A stretch of DNA of 29,552 nucleotides, taken from a virus. Below the pieces are notes generated by a model that saw nothing but the letters and a program-made list of their open reading frames with translations, made no database searches and was not told where the DNA came from. The position numbers and the translations under genes were made by a program. The DNA lies in the IMG/VR virus record IMGVR_UViG_3300008452_005759. The stretch is one strand, 5' to 3'. Shown in pieces: positions 28,704 to 29,552 of this stretch; position 1 is the stretch's first letter, and each line of letters starts with the position of its first letter.

Positions 28704-29552
28704 ATGAAAAAGAGAGTATTTTTAACAGGTGCTGGTGGATTTGTGGGTCACCACACATTAGAGCACATCCTAAAGACAACGGATTGGGACGTAGTAATTA
28801 GTGATTCGTTCCGTCATCGTGGAGTGACAGACAGAGTTACATCTATAGCCTGCTGGAAAGCCGAAAGACATCGTGTTCAGCTCATTACTCATGACCTAAC
28901 TGTTCCTTTTTCTGACGTCATGATTAAAGACATGGGCCACATTGACTACATTATTTCTATGGCATCAGACTCACATGTGGATAGATCAATTACAGATCCC
29001 GCACCATTTATCATGAACAATGTGGCTTTGGTTGTAAATATGCTCGAGCTTGCTCGCAAGATTCAACCTGAAGTATTCCTTCATGTATCAACAGACGAGG
29101 TATATGGAGCAGCACCGAAAGGCTACGCACACAAAGAATGGGATACAATCCTTCCATCCAATCCATACTCTGGCTCTAAAGCTGCACAGGAAGCTGCATG
29201 CATATCATATTGGAGAACATTCGGAGTTCCAGTAATTATTACCAACACAATGAATATTATTGGTGAGCGTCAAGATCCAGAGAAGTTTGTTCCAAAGATT
29301 ATGTATTGCTTGGAAAAGAATATTCCAATGACAATTCACGGAACACCAGAAAACATTGGATCTAGATTCTATCTTCACGCAAGAAACCAAGCTGACGCAT
29401 TAGTTTTTATTTTAAAGAATCTTTCACCAGTGGCATACCCAAATGCTGACAGACCTGATAAATATCATATTGTTGGAGAAAGAGAAGTGAATAACTTAGA
29501 GATGGCTAAGCTTGTTGCCTTTTATTGGGGCAAGGAACTTAAGTTTGAGTTT
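28704..29552 (+). CDS. NAD-dependent sugar epimerase/dehydratase, dTDP-glucose-4,6-dehydratase-like (3' end outside window)
   Basis: Absent from the ORF track because it has no stop in the window. ATG 28704; MKKRVFLTGAGGFVGHH (GxxGxxG), STDEVYG, PYSGSKAAQE (YxxxK), TNTMNIIGERQDPEKFVPK (RfbB-type N-x-x-G-x-x-Q-x-PEK). Confidence 0.8.
   Translation, partial: MKKRVFLTGAGGFVGHHTLEHILKTTDWDVVISDSFRHRGVTDRVTSIACWKAERHRVQLITHDLTVPFSDVMIKDMGHIDYIISMASDSHVDRSITDPAPFIMNNVALVVNMLELARKIQPEVFLHVSTDEVYGAAPKGYAHKEWDTILPSNPYSGSKAAQEAACISYWRTFGVPVIITNTMNIIGERQDPEKFVPKIMYCLEKNIPMTIHGTPENIGSRFYLHARNQADALVFILKNLSPVAYPNADRPDKYHIVGEREVNNLEMAKLVAFYWGKELKFEF

Overview
AT-rich (about one third G+C), almost entirely plus-strand, tightly packed window with many stop/start overlaps (ATGA, TAATG). 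This is the architecture of a large lytic-type phage genome, not a cellular chromosome. A WhiB-like gene and a DUF732-like gene point to a low-GC actinobacterial host. I can fold eight tRNA genes by hand: Leu-UAA, Asn-GUU, Lys-UUU, CAU (Met or Ile2), Ile-UAU, Arg-UCU, Ser-GCU, Gly-UCC. Recognisable proteins are a subtilisin-like protease fragment, WhiB, an M50-like membrane metalloprotease, SSB, a UDG-superfamily protein, a MerR/excisionase-like HTH protein, a KTSC-domain protein and a dTDP-glucose-4,6-dehydratase-like enzyme (3' partial). The standout is a coupled block at 8.86-15.1 kb. It encodes an E2/UBC-like protein with a multi-zinc-ribbon tail, a JAB/JAMM metallopeptidase with a similar Cys-rich tail, a ThiF/MoeB-type E1, and an 83-aa beta-grasp-like protein ending in Gly. 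That small gene has its own strong SD, GC-rich codon usage and a UUCG-capped terminator, and is followed by a classical AAA ATPase. Two to three further E2-like paralogs lie at 17.0-20.2 kb, and a stand-alone HslV/proteasome-beta-like Thr peptidase at 24.2 kb. Together these look like a phage-encoded ubiquitin-like conjugation, unfoldase and peptidase toolkit. To my knowledge this has not been described in a virus of bacteria. Other signals are a ~365-nt ORF-free, helix-rich candidate ncRNA upstream of tRNA-Ile(UAU), four ORFs starting exactly 2 nt after a tRNA (shared CTATGAA junction), two candidate leaderless promoters, and a small minus-strand island. All functional calls rest on motifs read by eye and need profile or structure searches.
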